Source: Erysipelotrichaceae bacterium
Lineage (GTDB): Bacteria; Bacillota_I; Bacilli_A; Erysipelotrichales; Coprobacillaceae
NCBI GenBank assembly: GCA_028698185.1
Contig: JAQVDW010000002.1
Span: 60,001-92,000 of the forward strand
Direction of reading: 5' to 3'
Length of the DNA stretch: 32,000 nt
In this document: positions 15,961 through 24,466 of the stretch, piece by piece
Layout: every line of letters begins with the position of its first letter
Position numbering within the stretch: position 1 is the stretch's first letter
Made by a program: the position numbers and the translations under genes
The notes under the pieces: model-generated
The model's input: only the letters and a program-made list of their open reading frames with translations
Databases searched by the model: none
Told to the model about the DNA's origin: nothing

Positions 15961-16671
15961 TTAGAAAATTTCCACACTTGCCAGCTCAAAATCTTCGCAA
16001 ACCTGCCGCGAAATCGAGTATTCGAAGATACTTCCGTTCTCGAGATAGCCCACCTGCTCAACCTGCATTACCGGCTGGTCTTTGGGCACATTGAGATATT
16101 CCTGCTCCAAAGGGGTCGAAAGACCTGCAGTTATAAGTTTGTGTCCCGATTGCACTTTTATCCCGATCTTCTCATCAATGTATGTGTACAACGACCCTTG
16201 CACATCGTTCATTGATATATTGGGAAAAAGACTCAACGGCATGTATGTGATTTCCACCGTCTTGGGGACGTGGTGGAGCGACCTTTTGCGGATCAAATGG
16301 TAGACAAAATCCCCACTCCTTATCTGCAGTCGGCTGGCCACTTCGTCCGATGCGCGCACGACATCAAAACAGATTACTTCCGTCTGGACGTTTTCGGCTC
16401 CGTATTTCTTGGTGAAGCTATTTTGATGGAATGCCTGGAAATCCTTGTGGGCCTCTGTCGCGTCATAGTCCTTGACAAAAGTTCCCGAACCCCGGCGTCT
16501 GACAATCAGACCTTCCTTGACCAAAATACCCAGGGCCCTTTTCATGGTTTCCTTGTTGCAGTTATAATGGACGCAAAGCACCCTTTCATAAGGGAGTTTT
16601 TGGGAATACTTGTATTCTCCGATCAATATTTTCTCGCGAATCGAATCAGCGATATCCTGATATTTTGCCAT
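15961..16671 (-). CDS. GntR-family regulator, HutC subfamily (UTRA effector domain), paralogue 1
   Basis: This is a 236-aa ORF. It has a winged HTH (KLPYERVLCVHYNCNKETMKRALGILVKEGLIVRRRGSGTFV) and a beta-rich UTRA-like C-terminal domain. Confidence 0.85.
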   Translation of the reverse strand: MAKYQDIADSIREKILIGEYKYSQKLPYERVLCVHYNCNKETMKRALGILVKEGLIVRRRGSGTFVKDYDATEAHKDFQAFHQNSFTKKYGAENVQTEVICFDVVRASDEVASRLQIRSGDFVYHLIRKRSLHHVPKTVEITYMPLSLFPNISMNDVQGSLYTYIDEKIGIKVQSGHKLITAGLSTPLEQEYLNVPKDQPVMQVEQVGYLENGSIFEYSISRQVCEDFELASVEIF

Positions 16672-16683
16672 ATTATCCCCCCC

Positions 16684-17388
16684 CTACAACAATGTAACTA
16701 AAGTCTGCCTGAAATTTTCATAATGGAAATGGGAAAGCGAATACTCGAAAACAACCCCATTGCTCAAGTAACCAACCTGTTCAATCTCGATAGCCGGAAC
16801 ATTTTCCGGGATTCCCAGCAATTCATGATCAAGCGACCCTGATGGAACGGTATGAATGATCTTGTGGATCCCATGGATGGTCAAGCCCAGATCATCTTCA
16901 ATATAACTGTAGATGCTGGTTTGGAGATGTTCGATCTTCAAATCAGGGATGATGGAAATCGGCATGAAGATATATTCCAGACCATAACTCTTGTCATCGA
17001 TGAACCGATGTCGAATTATATGATATACGAAGCTCCCTTGTTCGACGTGAAGGTGATGGGCCAGAGTCTCGTCCGCGCTGATAACTTCAAACTCAATGAC
17101 CCGCGAACTAACCTTTGACTTGGGGTATGTCTGGGTAAGTCCATGAAATGGCTGTTCACCTTGCAGCTTTGTCAAAGTGTCGGCATCCTTGACAAAAGTT
17201 CCGGCTCCTCTTCTTCGGACTATAAGACCTTCCTTGACAAGAATCTCCAGAGCCTTTTTCATGGTCGTTTTATTGCACCGATAATTGGCACATAAGACAT
17301 ACTCATACGGCAATTTCTGACCATGCTCGTATACGCTGGTTTCAATCTTTTTGCGAATATCATCGGCGATATCAATGTATTTTACCAT
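16684..17388 (-). CDS. GntR-family regulator, HutC subfamily, paralogue 2
   Basis: The start is corrected to the ATG at 17388 (MVKYIDIADDIRKK), preceded by a GGAGG RBS. The protein is collinear with paralogue 1 along its full length, at roughly 40-45% identity by eye. Its stop lies only 12 nt before the start of paralogue 1. Confidence 0.85.
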   Translation of the reverse strand: MVKYIDIADDIRKKIETSVYEHGQKLPYEYVLCANYRCNKTTMKKALEILVKEGLIVRRRGAGTFVKDADTLTKLQGEQPFHGLTQTYPKSKVSSRVIEFEVISADETLAHHLHVEQGSFVYHIIRHRFIDDKSYGLEYIFMPISIIPDLKIEHLQTSIYSYIEDDLGLTIHGIHKIIHTVPSGSLDHELLGIPENVPAIEIEQVGYLSNGVVFEYSLSHFHYENFRQTLVTLL

Positions 17389-17411
17389 AAAATCCCCTCC
17401 TTTGCTTAAAG

Positions 17412-17429
17412 ATACCATACTTTTGTATG
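17412..17429. promoter_or_regulatory. Candidate operator upstream of the HutC pair
   Basis: The 13-mer ATACCATACTTTT lies at 17412-17424. It is contained in the dyad CATAC-TTTT-GTATG (17416-17429), which lies 28-41 nt upstream of the ATG at 17388. Confidence 0.4.
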
Positions 17430-17448
17430 AAATGCACTGATTATTTAA

Positions 17449-17478
17449 AAAGAGATTAATCGAAATTAATCTCTTTTA
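17449..17478 (-). terminator. Hairpin/terminator overlapping the 3' end of yfcE
   Basis: A perfect 13-bp stem joins aaaagagattaat (17449-17461) to attaatctctttt (17466-17478), with a 4-nt loop. It spans the last codons and the stop codon of yfcE. The U-rich tract is partly inside the stem. Confidence 0.5.
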
Positions 17479-18001
17479 CCAATTCGTTTTCAAATGTGTA
17501 AATTCTAAAGCAGTCGTCCTCATAAAGGCCAAAACTTCTTTCACCCTTCTTTGGAAGCGAAACCGAAGAAGGATTGATTATGTAAATGCCGTCATTATCG
17601 CATTTGGCAACCGGCTTATGGATGTGTCCGTAGGCAAAGATATCACCCTTTTTTAAAGGGGGCATATTTTCCTCATCGAACAAGTGGCCATGGGTCAAAA
17701 AGAATTTGTGACCATCGAGATTCAATATGCTATAATCGCTGCGCATCGGGAAATCCAAAACCATCTGGTCAACCTCGCTGTCACAGTTGCCTCGAACCGC
17801 AACAATTTTGGCTGCCAACGGGTTAAGCATTTTGATTACTTCCTTGCAATCATAGCCATCAGGCAATTCATTGCGTGGCCCATGATAAAGGATATCTCCT
17901 AGAATAACCAACATGTCGCATTTATGTTTTTCGAACTTTTCAATCGCTTTGCGACAGTATTTGGAACTGCCGTGGATATCACTTATAAACATTACTTTCA
18001 T
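17456..18001 (-). CDS. yfcE: YfcE-family metallophosphoesterase (phosphodiesterase)
   Basis: This 181-aa ORF has the calcineurin-like motif series DIHG, GDILYHGPRN, GNCD, THGH and GHIH. Confidence 0.85.
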   Translation of the reverse strand: MKVMFISDIHGSSKYCRKAIEKFEKHKCDMLVILGDILYHGPRNELPDGYDCKEVIKMLNPLAAKIVAVRGNCDSEVDQMVLDFPMRSDYSILNLDGHKFFLTHGHLFDEENMPPLKKGDIFAYGHIHKPVAKCDNDGIYIINPSSVSLPKKGERSFGLYEDDCFRIYTFENELVKEINFD

Positions 18002-18028
18002 ATTGACTCCTTATCCAGGTAAAAAGAC

Positions 18029-18634
18029 TTACGCCTTTTCAATCTCATATCGGACAATGGTTTTCAAACACTCGGGTTTGACTCTTTTGGCACTGTTCAA
18101 ATAAATTTCATGATGGAGCCCGGATAGTTTGATATTCTCAACCGTGATATACTCCATAATCTTTTTGGTGGTGTTTATTTCGCTATTATAAGTTCCCTTA
18201 TGGAGCATTTGCACTGAATCGTTGGCAGGAATCTCCTGGACATAAACATCCAGCAGATATGGGTTTGAGGTCGAGTCCAGCAAAACGCCTTTAACCCGGT
18301 CGAGAAGACTTTCATCGACATTGGGGTGTTGGCACATCATCAAGGTGAAACGGATATCGCTTTTGCGCTGGACATCGAAATGTTCGTTGTCGTAGGTATC
18401 CCACATACCCTCAAGATAGCCGTAGGCGATTTCTATATTATCCTTGGCCATTTGTTTCTTGATTTCCCTTGACACCAGACGGAGGATCTCACTTTTCAAG
18501 CGGAACTCTTCGTTTGTCGGATTGCCAATGCCATCGACCATTATGTAGTTTTGAGCAGGTATCGAAACCAAATCGACTCTTTTAGTACTCGCAGTATATT
18601 GCTTTTTGAATTCTTTCTTGGGATCAAAAACCAT
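18029..18634 (-). CDS. GyrI-like small-molecule-binding domain protein
   Basis: Family-typical segments are present: PKKEFKKQY, IPAQNYIMVDGIGNP, YLEGMW and HHEIYLNSAKRVKPECLKTIVRYEI. The start is moved to the ATG at 18634, with an AGGAGG RBS 8 nt upstream. The ORF-track start is 18685. Confidence 0.75.
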   Translation of the reverse strand: MVFDPKKEFKKQYTASTKRVDLVSIPAQNYIMVDGIGNPTNEEFRLKSEILRLVSREIKKQMAKDNIEIAYGYLEGMWDTYDNEHFDVQRKSDIRFTLMMCQHPNVDESLLDRVKGVLLDSTSNPYLLDVYVQEIPANDSVQMLHKGTYNSEINTTKKIMEYITVENIKLSGLHHEIYLNSAKRVKPECLKTIVRYEIEKA

Positions 18635-18686
18635 ACTTGCTACCTCCTGAAAATTTATACCATAATTGAAATCAGGGTATTCCATC

Positions 18687-19169
18687 CTATTTTCTTCTGA
18701 TTGTCTTGATGATTACTGGTTCCAAAGGTGCGTCTTGGAAGTTTGTTTTGACACCAGCGATTTTATCAACAATCTCTAACCCCTTAGTAATTTGTCCGAA
18801 CCCGGCATATTCTCCATCCAAGTGCGGAGAATTTTGGTGCATGATGAAGAATTGTGATGACGCCGAATCCTTGTAGGCAGTACGCGCCATTGAAAGAACA
18901 CCTTTGGTGTGTTTCAAGTCATTGGCAACGCCATTTGAAGCGAACTCACCTTTGATTGAAGCGGCTTCTTTATGATTGAAATCTTTGTCAAAACCTCCGC
19001 CTTGGATCATGAATCCCTTGATCACGCGGTGAAAAATCATTCCCGCAAAAAAATCCTGGTCGATCAGCTTCAAAAAGTTTTCCACAGTAATGGGAGCGAC
19101 AGCCGGATAGAGCTCACCTTCCATGATATCGCCGTTTTCCATTTCGATAATTATTTCAATATTTTCCAT
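18687..19169 (-). CDS. ppiB: Peptidyl-prolyl cis-trans isomerase, cyclophilin type
   Basis: Motifs FHRVIKGFMIQGGGF and SQFFIM are present. The start is moved to the ATG at 19169 (MENIEIII), preceded by an AGGAGG RBS. The ORF-track start is 19229. Confidence 0.88.
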   Translation of the reverse strand: MENIEIIIEMENGDIMEGELYPAVAPITVENFLKLIDQDFFAGMIFHRVIKGFMIQGGGFDKDFNHKEAASIKGEFASNGVANDLKHTKGVLSMARTAYKDSASSQFFIMHQNSPHLDGEYAGFGQITKGLEIVDKIAGVKTNFQDAPLEPVIIKTIRRK

Positions 19170-19201
19170 ATAGACCTCCTGTAAATCTAAACAACATATA
19201 A

Positions 19202-19229
19202 AGTATAACGATATTGTATAAAAAATCAA
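19202..19229 (-). promoter_or_regulatory. Sigma-A type promoter for the ppiB / GyrI-like / yfcE gene string
   Basis: On the - strand the -35 is TTGATT (19224-19229) and the -10 is TATACT (19202-19207), separated by 16 nt. Confidence 0.45.
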
Positions 19230-19269
19230 ATAATTTTTTAATTTTTTATAATAAATTGCATAATAATAT

Positions 19270-19300
19270 AAAAAATAGGAAACTATTTTATAAGTTTCCT
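19270..19300 (-). terminator. Rho-independent terminator after the SWIM-like gene
   Basis: The stem is aggaaact (19277-19284) paired with agtttcct (19293-19300), with an 8-nt loop. On the - strand a U run follows (a19270-a19275). Confidence 0.75.
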
Positions 19301-19344
19301 AAATAAATGCTTGTTTTATCTCCAACGCTAAATTTCAGCCAGGT

Positions 19345-20598
19345 TTATAGATCCAATTCCCAAATAAGCCGTATCGCGGTCTCATGGTCGAGATTGTTCA
19401 TTATTCCCTCGCTGATATATTCATAATGGTCATCCTTGTTTATTATCGGCGCCTGTTCAATCGCACTCACAATTCCGCCAAACAGTTCCTTGAGATAAGC
19501 GAAAGTTGCGTAATGGATTGGGAATTCCTCGACCGTGTAGGTAAGGAAAGCCGAAAATGAACTCACATTATTTGTGTCCAGGTAATACCTGATGATCTCA
19601 AACGTGCCTTTGAATATCTCATTTTTTGGCTGCAGCTGATAAAATATTTTGGCTGTCTTCACCGGCGACATGTTCAGTTGCGTTCTGGTGACGATATTGA
19701 GGCGGTTGAGGCTGATGCAAAGATCGCTGATTTCAGGCGGCATACCTTCGCCCTGGTTGTCCTGGACAACCGGAACCAGTCTTTCGATGCGTTCCTTGAT
19801 TATCTTCTGGATTGCCTTGGCCTGGATCTTGGTGATGATAAAACCTATAAGCAGATCGCCAATCAATATCTCGTTGTAGATTGTTTCGGGGTCTTTGAGA
19901 TGGGCAATCATATCGTCGATCAGCGCCTTTTGCTCCACTTTATTGCCCGATATCTTGTTGGCAATAGCACCAAAAAGGGTATGGACATGGTCGTAGAAAT
20001 CGCTCGGCCAGTCATACTGATAGCGGGTCATCAGCTTAAGGAGGTAGAATGAAAGTTCCCTGATGCTCTTGGCGTCTTCGCCATAGCTGTCAACTTCCTC
20101 ATTAAGCTCCTTCATCAGATGGCGGAAATTCTTCTTAAGGATGAAACCGGTCTGTGAATACTCAGTGAATATCTCATCGATTCTTTCATATTCCAGTTCG
20201 CCTTTGAAGTCGATTCCGCCATTTTCCTCATATAGGATCATATCAAGGAAATAATTGTACAGCTCTTCATTGTAGTTTATCGCCAGTTCGACGAAATCTT
20301 TTATTCCCTCCCATGAAAGCGCCCCGTTGAAGGCGTTTTCCAGCATCATGGATTTCGAATTCTCCATTTTCTTGTTCAGCTCAATAACAAAGGCCAGGCG
20401 GTGGGCACACATTTCCTTGCCGCAGTCACAATCGATATCATCAAGATTGTTGATATTGCCGTTGAGAACCAGGTGGTATAGCACATCATTGTCCTCGCAA
20501 TCGGCTTCGATGTGCGAATTTGTTCCGACAATGTTGCTGATGCCGTTGGCATCGACAATAGCCATCGCTTCCTCCATTATTTTGTCTAGTTTGTCCAT
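19345..20598 (-). CDS. Hypothetical protein with an N-terminal SWIM-like zinc finger and a long helical C-terminal region
   Basis: This is a 417-aa ORF with a GAGGTG RBS. Residues 57-66 read CDCGKEMCAH, a CxCx4CxH pattern followed by RLAF, encoded at 20401-20430. I cannot recognise the remaining ~340 residues. It starts 30 nt after rlmH with no terminator in between. Confidence 0.6.
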   Translation of the reverse strand: MDKLDKIMEEAMAIVDANGISNIVGTNSHIEADCEDNDVLYHLVLNGNINNLDDIDCDCGKEMCAHRLAFVIELNKKMENSKSMMLENAFNGALSWEGIKDFVELAINYNEELYNYFLDMILYEENGGIDFKGELEYERIDEIFTEYSQTGFILKKNFRHLMKELNEEVDSYGEDAKSIRELSFYLLKLMTRYQYDWPSDFYDHVHTLFGAIANKISGNKVEQKALIDDMIAHLKDPETIYNEILIGDLLIGFIITKIQAKAIQKIIKERIERLVPVVQDNQGEGMPPEISDLCISLNRLNIVTRTQLNMSPVKTAKIFYQLQPKNEIFKGTFEIIRYYLDTNNVSSFSAFLTYTVEEFPIHYATFAYLKELFGGIVSAIEQAPIINKDDHYEYISEGIMNNLDHETAIRLIWELDL

Positions 20599-20628
20599 CC
20601 AATCACCTCGTTTTCTTTTTAGTTTTGA

Positions 20629-21108
20629 TTATTTATGGTATGTTTCCTTGCGGATTATTTTGAAGGCACGGTAAATCTGTTCCACCAGAACCAACCTGAT
20701 CAGCTGGTGGGGCATGGTCATTTTGGAAAACGACAGTTTGTAGTCGGCCCTTTTGAGCACATCTTCCCCGTGACCTAGCGATCCTCCAATCACAAAAGTG
20801 ATTGACGATTTCCCGTTGATCATCAGGGTTTCTATTTTGTCAGCCAAGTCAACCGAATCGATCGCCTCGCCATCAACATGGAGCAGGATGACATACTCAT
20901 TGTCCTTGATCCGGTTTAGAATCTTGGCACCTTCTTTTTGCTTGACGATATTCTGGTCCTTTTGCGAGGCATTGTCACCGATCGGTTCATCATTGACTTC
21001 GATAATTTCCATCTTGCAATAAGCTCCTAGCCGCTTCAGGTATTCCTGAATCCCTTGTTTGAGGTACTTTTCCTTAAGTTTTCCAACCGCGATGATCTTA
21101 ACGTTCAT
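20629..21108 (-). CDS. rlmH: 23S rRNA (pseudouridine1915-N3)-methyltransferase RlmH (SPOUT)
   Basis: This 159-aa ORF begins MNVKIIAVGKLKEKYLKQGIQEY and contains FVIGGSLGHGEDV and MTMPHQLIRLVLVEQIYRA. It overlaps the upstream MBL gene by 11 nt. Confidence 0.9.
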   Translation of the reverse strand: MNVKIIAVGKLKEKYLKQGIQEYLKRLGAYCKMEIIEVNDEPIGDNASQKDQNIVKQKEGAKILNRIKDNEYVILLHVDGEAIDSVDLADKIETLMINGKSSITFVIGGSLGHGEDVLKRADYKLSFSKMTMPHQLIRLVLVEQIYRAFKIIRKETYHK

Positions 21109-21847
21109 TTTCTCCTCCGGAAACGATATCGATTTGTGACGCGCACTTGAAATTCGTGAAGCTCAGTCCGTAACGCGCAAATGTATCCTTGAACGCGCAA
21201 AGCGCCAAATCCTCCGTATTGGCTTCATGGGAAAGATGGGCGAGTACTATTTCCCGGGTGTTGTCCCCGACCACCTGTGCCATCAAATTGGCACTGTATT
21301 CATTGTTGAGATGGCCCAAGTCTTCGTAAATCCTTCTTTTCAAAAAAAGTGGTCGTTTTGTTTGCATCAGGGTTTCGACATCATGATTGCTTTCGATTAT
21401 GTAATAGGTCAGATTGTGAAGATATGACTGGTTCTTCTGGGATACATAACCGGTGTCGGTCATGTAAAGCAACGATTTTCCACCATATTTGAAGATGAAT
21501 GCCAGGGGGTTTTTGACATCGTGGCTGATTGCCAAGGGCGTCACGGAGACTCCACCAAAGTCATAATCCAAATATGGCTGGAGATAATTGTCACAGGGCA
21601 AATCAGCCATAGTCCCCACTCCGGTATATATTTTCGATTGGGAAAATATTCTGATATTCTTGCTGTGGTCATAGTGTTCATGAGTCAGGAACACGAAATC
21701 GATATCCCCCTCTTCAAATCCGATTGTGCCAAGCTTGTAAAGCAACTGCTTGCGGGTGATGCCGCAGTCGATCAAAAAACCCACGCCGTTGACATATATG
21801 AATGTGCTGTTGCCTTTTGAGCCGCTGGCCAATATATGATATTCCAT
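21098..21847 (-). CDS. MBL-fold metallo-hydrolase, YycJ/WalJ-like
   Basis: This 249-aa ORF contains ILASGSKGNSTFI, LIDCG and the THEHYDH metal motif. YycJ-type genes sit next to rlmH in Bacillus. Confidence 0.8.
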   Translation of the reverse strand: MEYHILASGSKGNSTFIYVNGVGFLIDCGITRKQLLYKLGTIGFEEGDIDFVFLTHEHYDHSKNIRIFSQSKIYTGVGTMADLPCDNYLQPYLDYDFGGVSVTPLAISHDVKNPLAFIFKYGGKSLLYMTDTGYVSQKNQSYLHNLTYYIIESNHDVETLMQTKRPLFLKRRIYEDLGHLNNEYSANLMAQVVGDNTREIVLAHLSHEANTEDLALCAFKDTFARYGLSFTNFKCASQIDIVSGGENER

Positions 21848-21868
21848 TATTGATTCTCCTGTGTATGT

Positions 21869-21895
21869 AAAAAAATAGGGTACCGAGTACCCTAT
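21869..21895 (-). terminator. Rho-independent terminator of rpmE
   Basis: The stem is atagggtac (21875-21883) paired with gtaccctat (21887-21895). On the - strand UUUUUUU follows. It begins 3 nt after the stop codon. Confidence 0.8.
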
Positions 21896-21897
21896 AA

Positions 21898-22101
21898 TTA
21901 TTTGATTCCGTATTTTTTGTTGAATTTGTCAACACGACCATCTGCACTCGCAAATCTTTGTTTACCAGTATAGAATGGATGACAGTTAGAACATGTATCA
22001 ACACGTACTTCGTTTAATACTGATCCGCTTTCAAACTCATTTCCACATGATGTGCAAACAACTTTTACTGTTTTGTAGTTTGGATGAATTCCTTGTTTCA
22101 T
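21898..22101 (-). CDS. rpmE: 50S ribosomal protein L31 (zinc-binding type A)
   Basis: This 67-aa ORF begins MKQGIHPNY and contains CTSCGN and [13 protein letters not shown]. Confidence 0.95.
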   Translation of the reverse strand: MKQGIHPNYKTVKVVCTSCGNEFESGSVLNEVRVDTCSNCHPFYTGKQRFASADGRVDKFNKKYGIK

Positions 22102-22154
22102 TTCTATTCTCCTTCCGCCTTATAATATCTTATTACAAAGTAAGTTACCACGTT

Positions 22155-22182
22155 ATTATACACTAAATTTTGCCCGTTTCAA
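22155..22182 (-). promoter_or_regulatory. Sigma-A type promoter of rpmE
   Basis: On the - strand the -35 is TTGAAA (22177-22182) and the -10 is TATAAT (22155-22160), separated by 16 nt. Confidence 0.55.
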
Positions 22183-22192
22183 GAACTTTTTT

Positions 22193-23455
22193 CTAATTCT
22201 CGACAATTCTTCTTGAAATTCTCGCGCCCAGGGCAATCAGCTTGTTGTCGATGTTTTCATAGCCTCGGTCGATATGGTACACATTGGCGATTTCACTTAC
22301 CCCTTCGCTAATCAAAGCCGCCACTATCAGTGCCGCTCCGCAACGCAGATCCGTTGCGTAAACACGCGTTCCGGTAAGTTTTGTCGGACCGTATACCTTG
22401 CAGGCCCCATCGAACACTTCGATATGGGCTCCCATATTCGCGAGCTGCTCGCAATGACCGAATCGTTCCGGATAGATATTTTCCGTGACACTCGAAACAC
22501 CTTTGGCCTGGGTCATCAGGGTAGTCAGTGGCTGTTGCAAGTCGGTCGCAAACCCCGGATATACCTGGGTCCGGACATCACAAGAAACCATTTCGCTCGC
22601 CCCGTTGACAATTATGCTGTCGCCGATGATTTCCATGACCACACCCATTTCCTTAAGTTTGGAAATCAGCGACTCCAAATGCTGCGGGATGACATTTTGG
22701 ACCACAACCCGCTCACCTGCCGCAGCCGCGATGATCAGGAACGTTCCCGCCTCGATCCGGTCAGGAATGATTTCATGGTTGCAGCCTTGAAGCTTTTCGA
22801 CACCTTCAATGGTGATCGTATCGGTCCCGGCACCACGGATATTGGCACCCATTTTCGTCAGCAAGTTGCAAACGTCGATGATTTCCGGTTCCTTGGCGAC
22901 GTTTTCGATGACCGTCTTCCCGGTTGCCTTGACTGCGGCAAGAATAATGTTGATTGTGGCACCAACCGAAGCGAAGTCAAGATAAATTTTGGTTCCCACC
23001 AGCTTTTCTGCCTTGATCACGATGCAGTCATCCTCATAGGAAACTTTGGCACCCAACGCCTCGAACCCTTTGATGTGAAGATCGATCGGTCGTGGTCCCA
23101 GATAACAGCCGCCAGGCATCCGCATCCGCACTTCCTTGCATTTGCCAAGAAGCGAACCCATCAAGTAATAAGATGCGCGCAATTTGTCAACCGCCGGCGA
23201 TACCAGGGGCACATTTTGAAGATTTGAGGGATCAATTTTGATTGTGTCCCCGTCGCGGAACACGGTGCAGTTGAGCTCCTCGAGCAGCACTTTCAGCGCG
23301 TCGACGTCTGAAATATTCGGTACGCCATAAATATTGACCGGTCCATCGGCAAGAACCACCGCCGGAATCAGCGCCACAGTCGCATTTTTAGCGCCGCTGA
23401 TTTCAACCGTACCACTTAATTTATGGCCTCCTTCGATTGCAATTATTTCTTTCAT
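22193..23455 (-). CDS. murA: UDP-N-acetylglucosamine 1-carboxyvinyltransferase
   Basis: This 420-aa ORF contains ISGAKNA and the active-site loop MPGGCYLGPRPIDLH. Confidence 0.92.
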   Translation of the reverse strand: MKEIIAIEGGHKLSGTVEISGAKNATVALIPAVVLADGPVNIYGVPNISDVDALKVLLEELNCTVFRDGDTIKIDPSNLQNVPLVSPAVDKLRASYYLMGSLLGKCKEVRMRMPGGCYLGPRPIDLHIKGFEALGAKVSYEDDCIVIKAEKLVGTKIYLDFASVGATINIILAAVKATGKTVIENVAKEPEIIDVCNLLTKMGANIRGAGTDTITIEGVEKLQGCNHEIIPDRIEAGTFLIIAAAAGERVVVQNVIPQHLESLISKLKEMGVVMEIIGDSIIVNGASEMVSCDVRTQVYPGFATDLQQPLTTLMTQAKGVSSVTENIYPERFGHCEQLANMGAHIEVFDGACKVYGPTKLTGTRVYATDLRCGAALIVAALISEGVSEIANVYHIDRGYENIDNKLIALGARISRRIVEN

Positions 23456-23541
23456 TAAAGACCTCCACCCATCGGGAAATTATGATAATTGATATTTGTT
23501 ATTGATTTATATAAGGGAGTACAGCATGTAAATAATTCGAA

Positions 23542-23575
23542 TAAAAAAGATGAGGTATTCGGAATACATCATCTT
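23542..23575 (-). terminator. Rho-independent terminator of fba
   Basis: The stem is aagatgaggtattc (23547-23560) paired with gaatacatcatctt (23562-23575), with 1 mismatch. On the - strand a U run follows (a23543-a23548). Confidence 0.75.
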
Positions 23576-23599
23576 TAAGTAAAATTTTCAGACCTTAAA

Positions 23600-24466
23600 T
23601 TAAGCTTTGTTTACAGAACCAAATAATTCCATTTTGATTTTCACGATTTCTTTAATCGCTTCATATCCAGGACCTAATAATTTACGAGGGTCAAAACCTT
23701 TTCCTTTTAAATCTTTTCCTTCTTCGATATATTTTCTAGTAGCGGCTTGGAAATATAATTGGCATTCAGTGTTTACGTTGATTTTAGAAACTCCCAAAGT
23801 GATTGATTTTGCGATCATTTCATCAGGGATTCCTGTTCCACCGTGCAATACTAATGGTAAAGCTCCAGTTTCTTGTTGGATTGCAGCCAACGCTTCGAAA
23901 TCTAAACCTTCCCAGTTTTCAGGGTATTGACCGTGAATGTTTCCGATACCAGCTGCAAGGAAGTCTACTCCCAAATCAGCGATCATTTTACATTCTTTAG
24001 GATCAGCTACTTCACCTTTACCAACAACACCGTCTTCTTCTCCACCGATTGATCCAACTTCAGCTTCAACTGAAATGTTTAATGAGTGGCAGAATTCTGT
24101 GATTTCTTTTGTTTTTTCGATGTTTTCTTCGATACCATAGTGTGAACCGTCAAACATGATTGAAGTGAATCCGGCAGCAGCAGCAGCTTTTGCCCCTTCA
24201 TATGAACCGTGGTCCAAGTGTAAAGCTACTGGTACAGTGATGTTCAATTCTTCAACCATCGCCGCAACCATGGCTGAAACAGTTTTGAATCCTGTCATGT
24301 ATTTAGCAGCACCTTCAGATACCCCTAAAATTACTGGTGAGTTGTTTTCTTGAGCAGTTGTTAAAATTGCTTTTGTCCATTCTAAATTATTGATGTTGAA
24401 TTGACCAACAGCATAGTGACCTTCTTTTGCTTTTACAAGCATTTCTTTTGCAGATACTAATCCCAT
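23600..24466 (-). CDS. fba: Class II fructose-1,6-bisphosphate aldolase
   Basis: This 288-aa ORF contains GQFNINNLEW, HLDHG, and VLHGGTG close to the C-terminal half. Confidence 0.92.
   Translation of the reverse strand: MGLVSAKEMLVKAKEGHYAVGQFNINNLEWTKAILTTAQENNSPVILGVSEGAAKYMTGFKTVSAMVAAMVEELNITVPVALHLDHGSYEGAKAAAAAGFTSIMFDGSHYGIEENIEKTKEITEFCHSLNISVEAEVGSIGGEEDGVVGKGEVADPKECKMIADLGVDFLAAGIGNIHGQYPENWEGLDFEALAAIQQETGALPLVLHGGTGIPDEMIAKSITLGVSKINVNTECQLYFQAATRKYIEEGKDLKGKGFDPRKLLGPGYEAIKEIVKIKMELFGSVNKA

Noticed and set aside
22274-23227. A 317-aa ORF on the + strand, the longest unexplained ORF in the track
   Set aside because: It lies entirely antisense to murA, whose protein is unmistakable. 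Its translation is Arg/His/Gly-rich and low in complexity, with no RBS and no recognisable motif. It is a typical shadow ORF of a relatively GC-rich gene.
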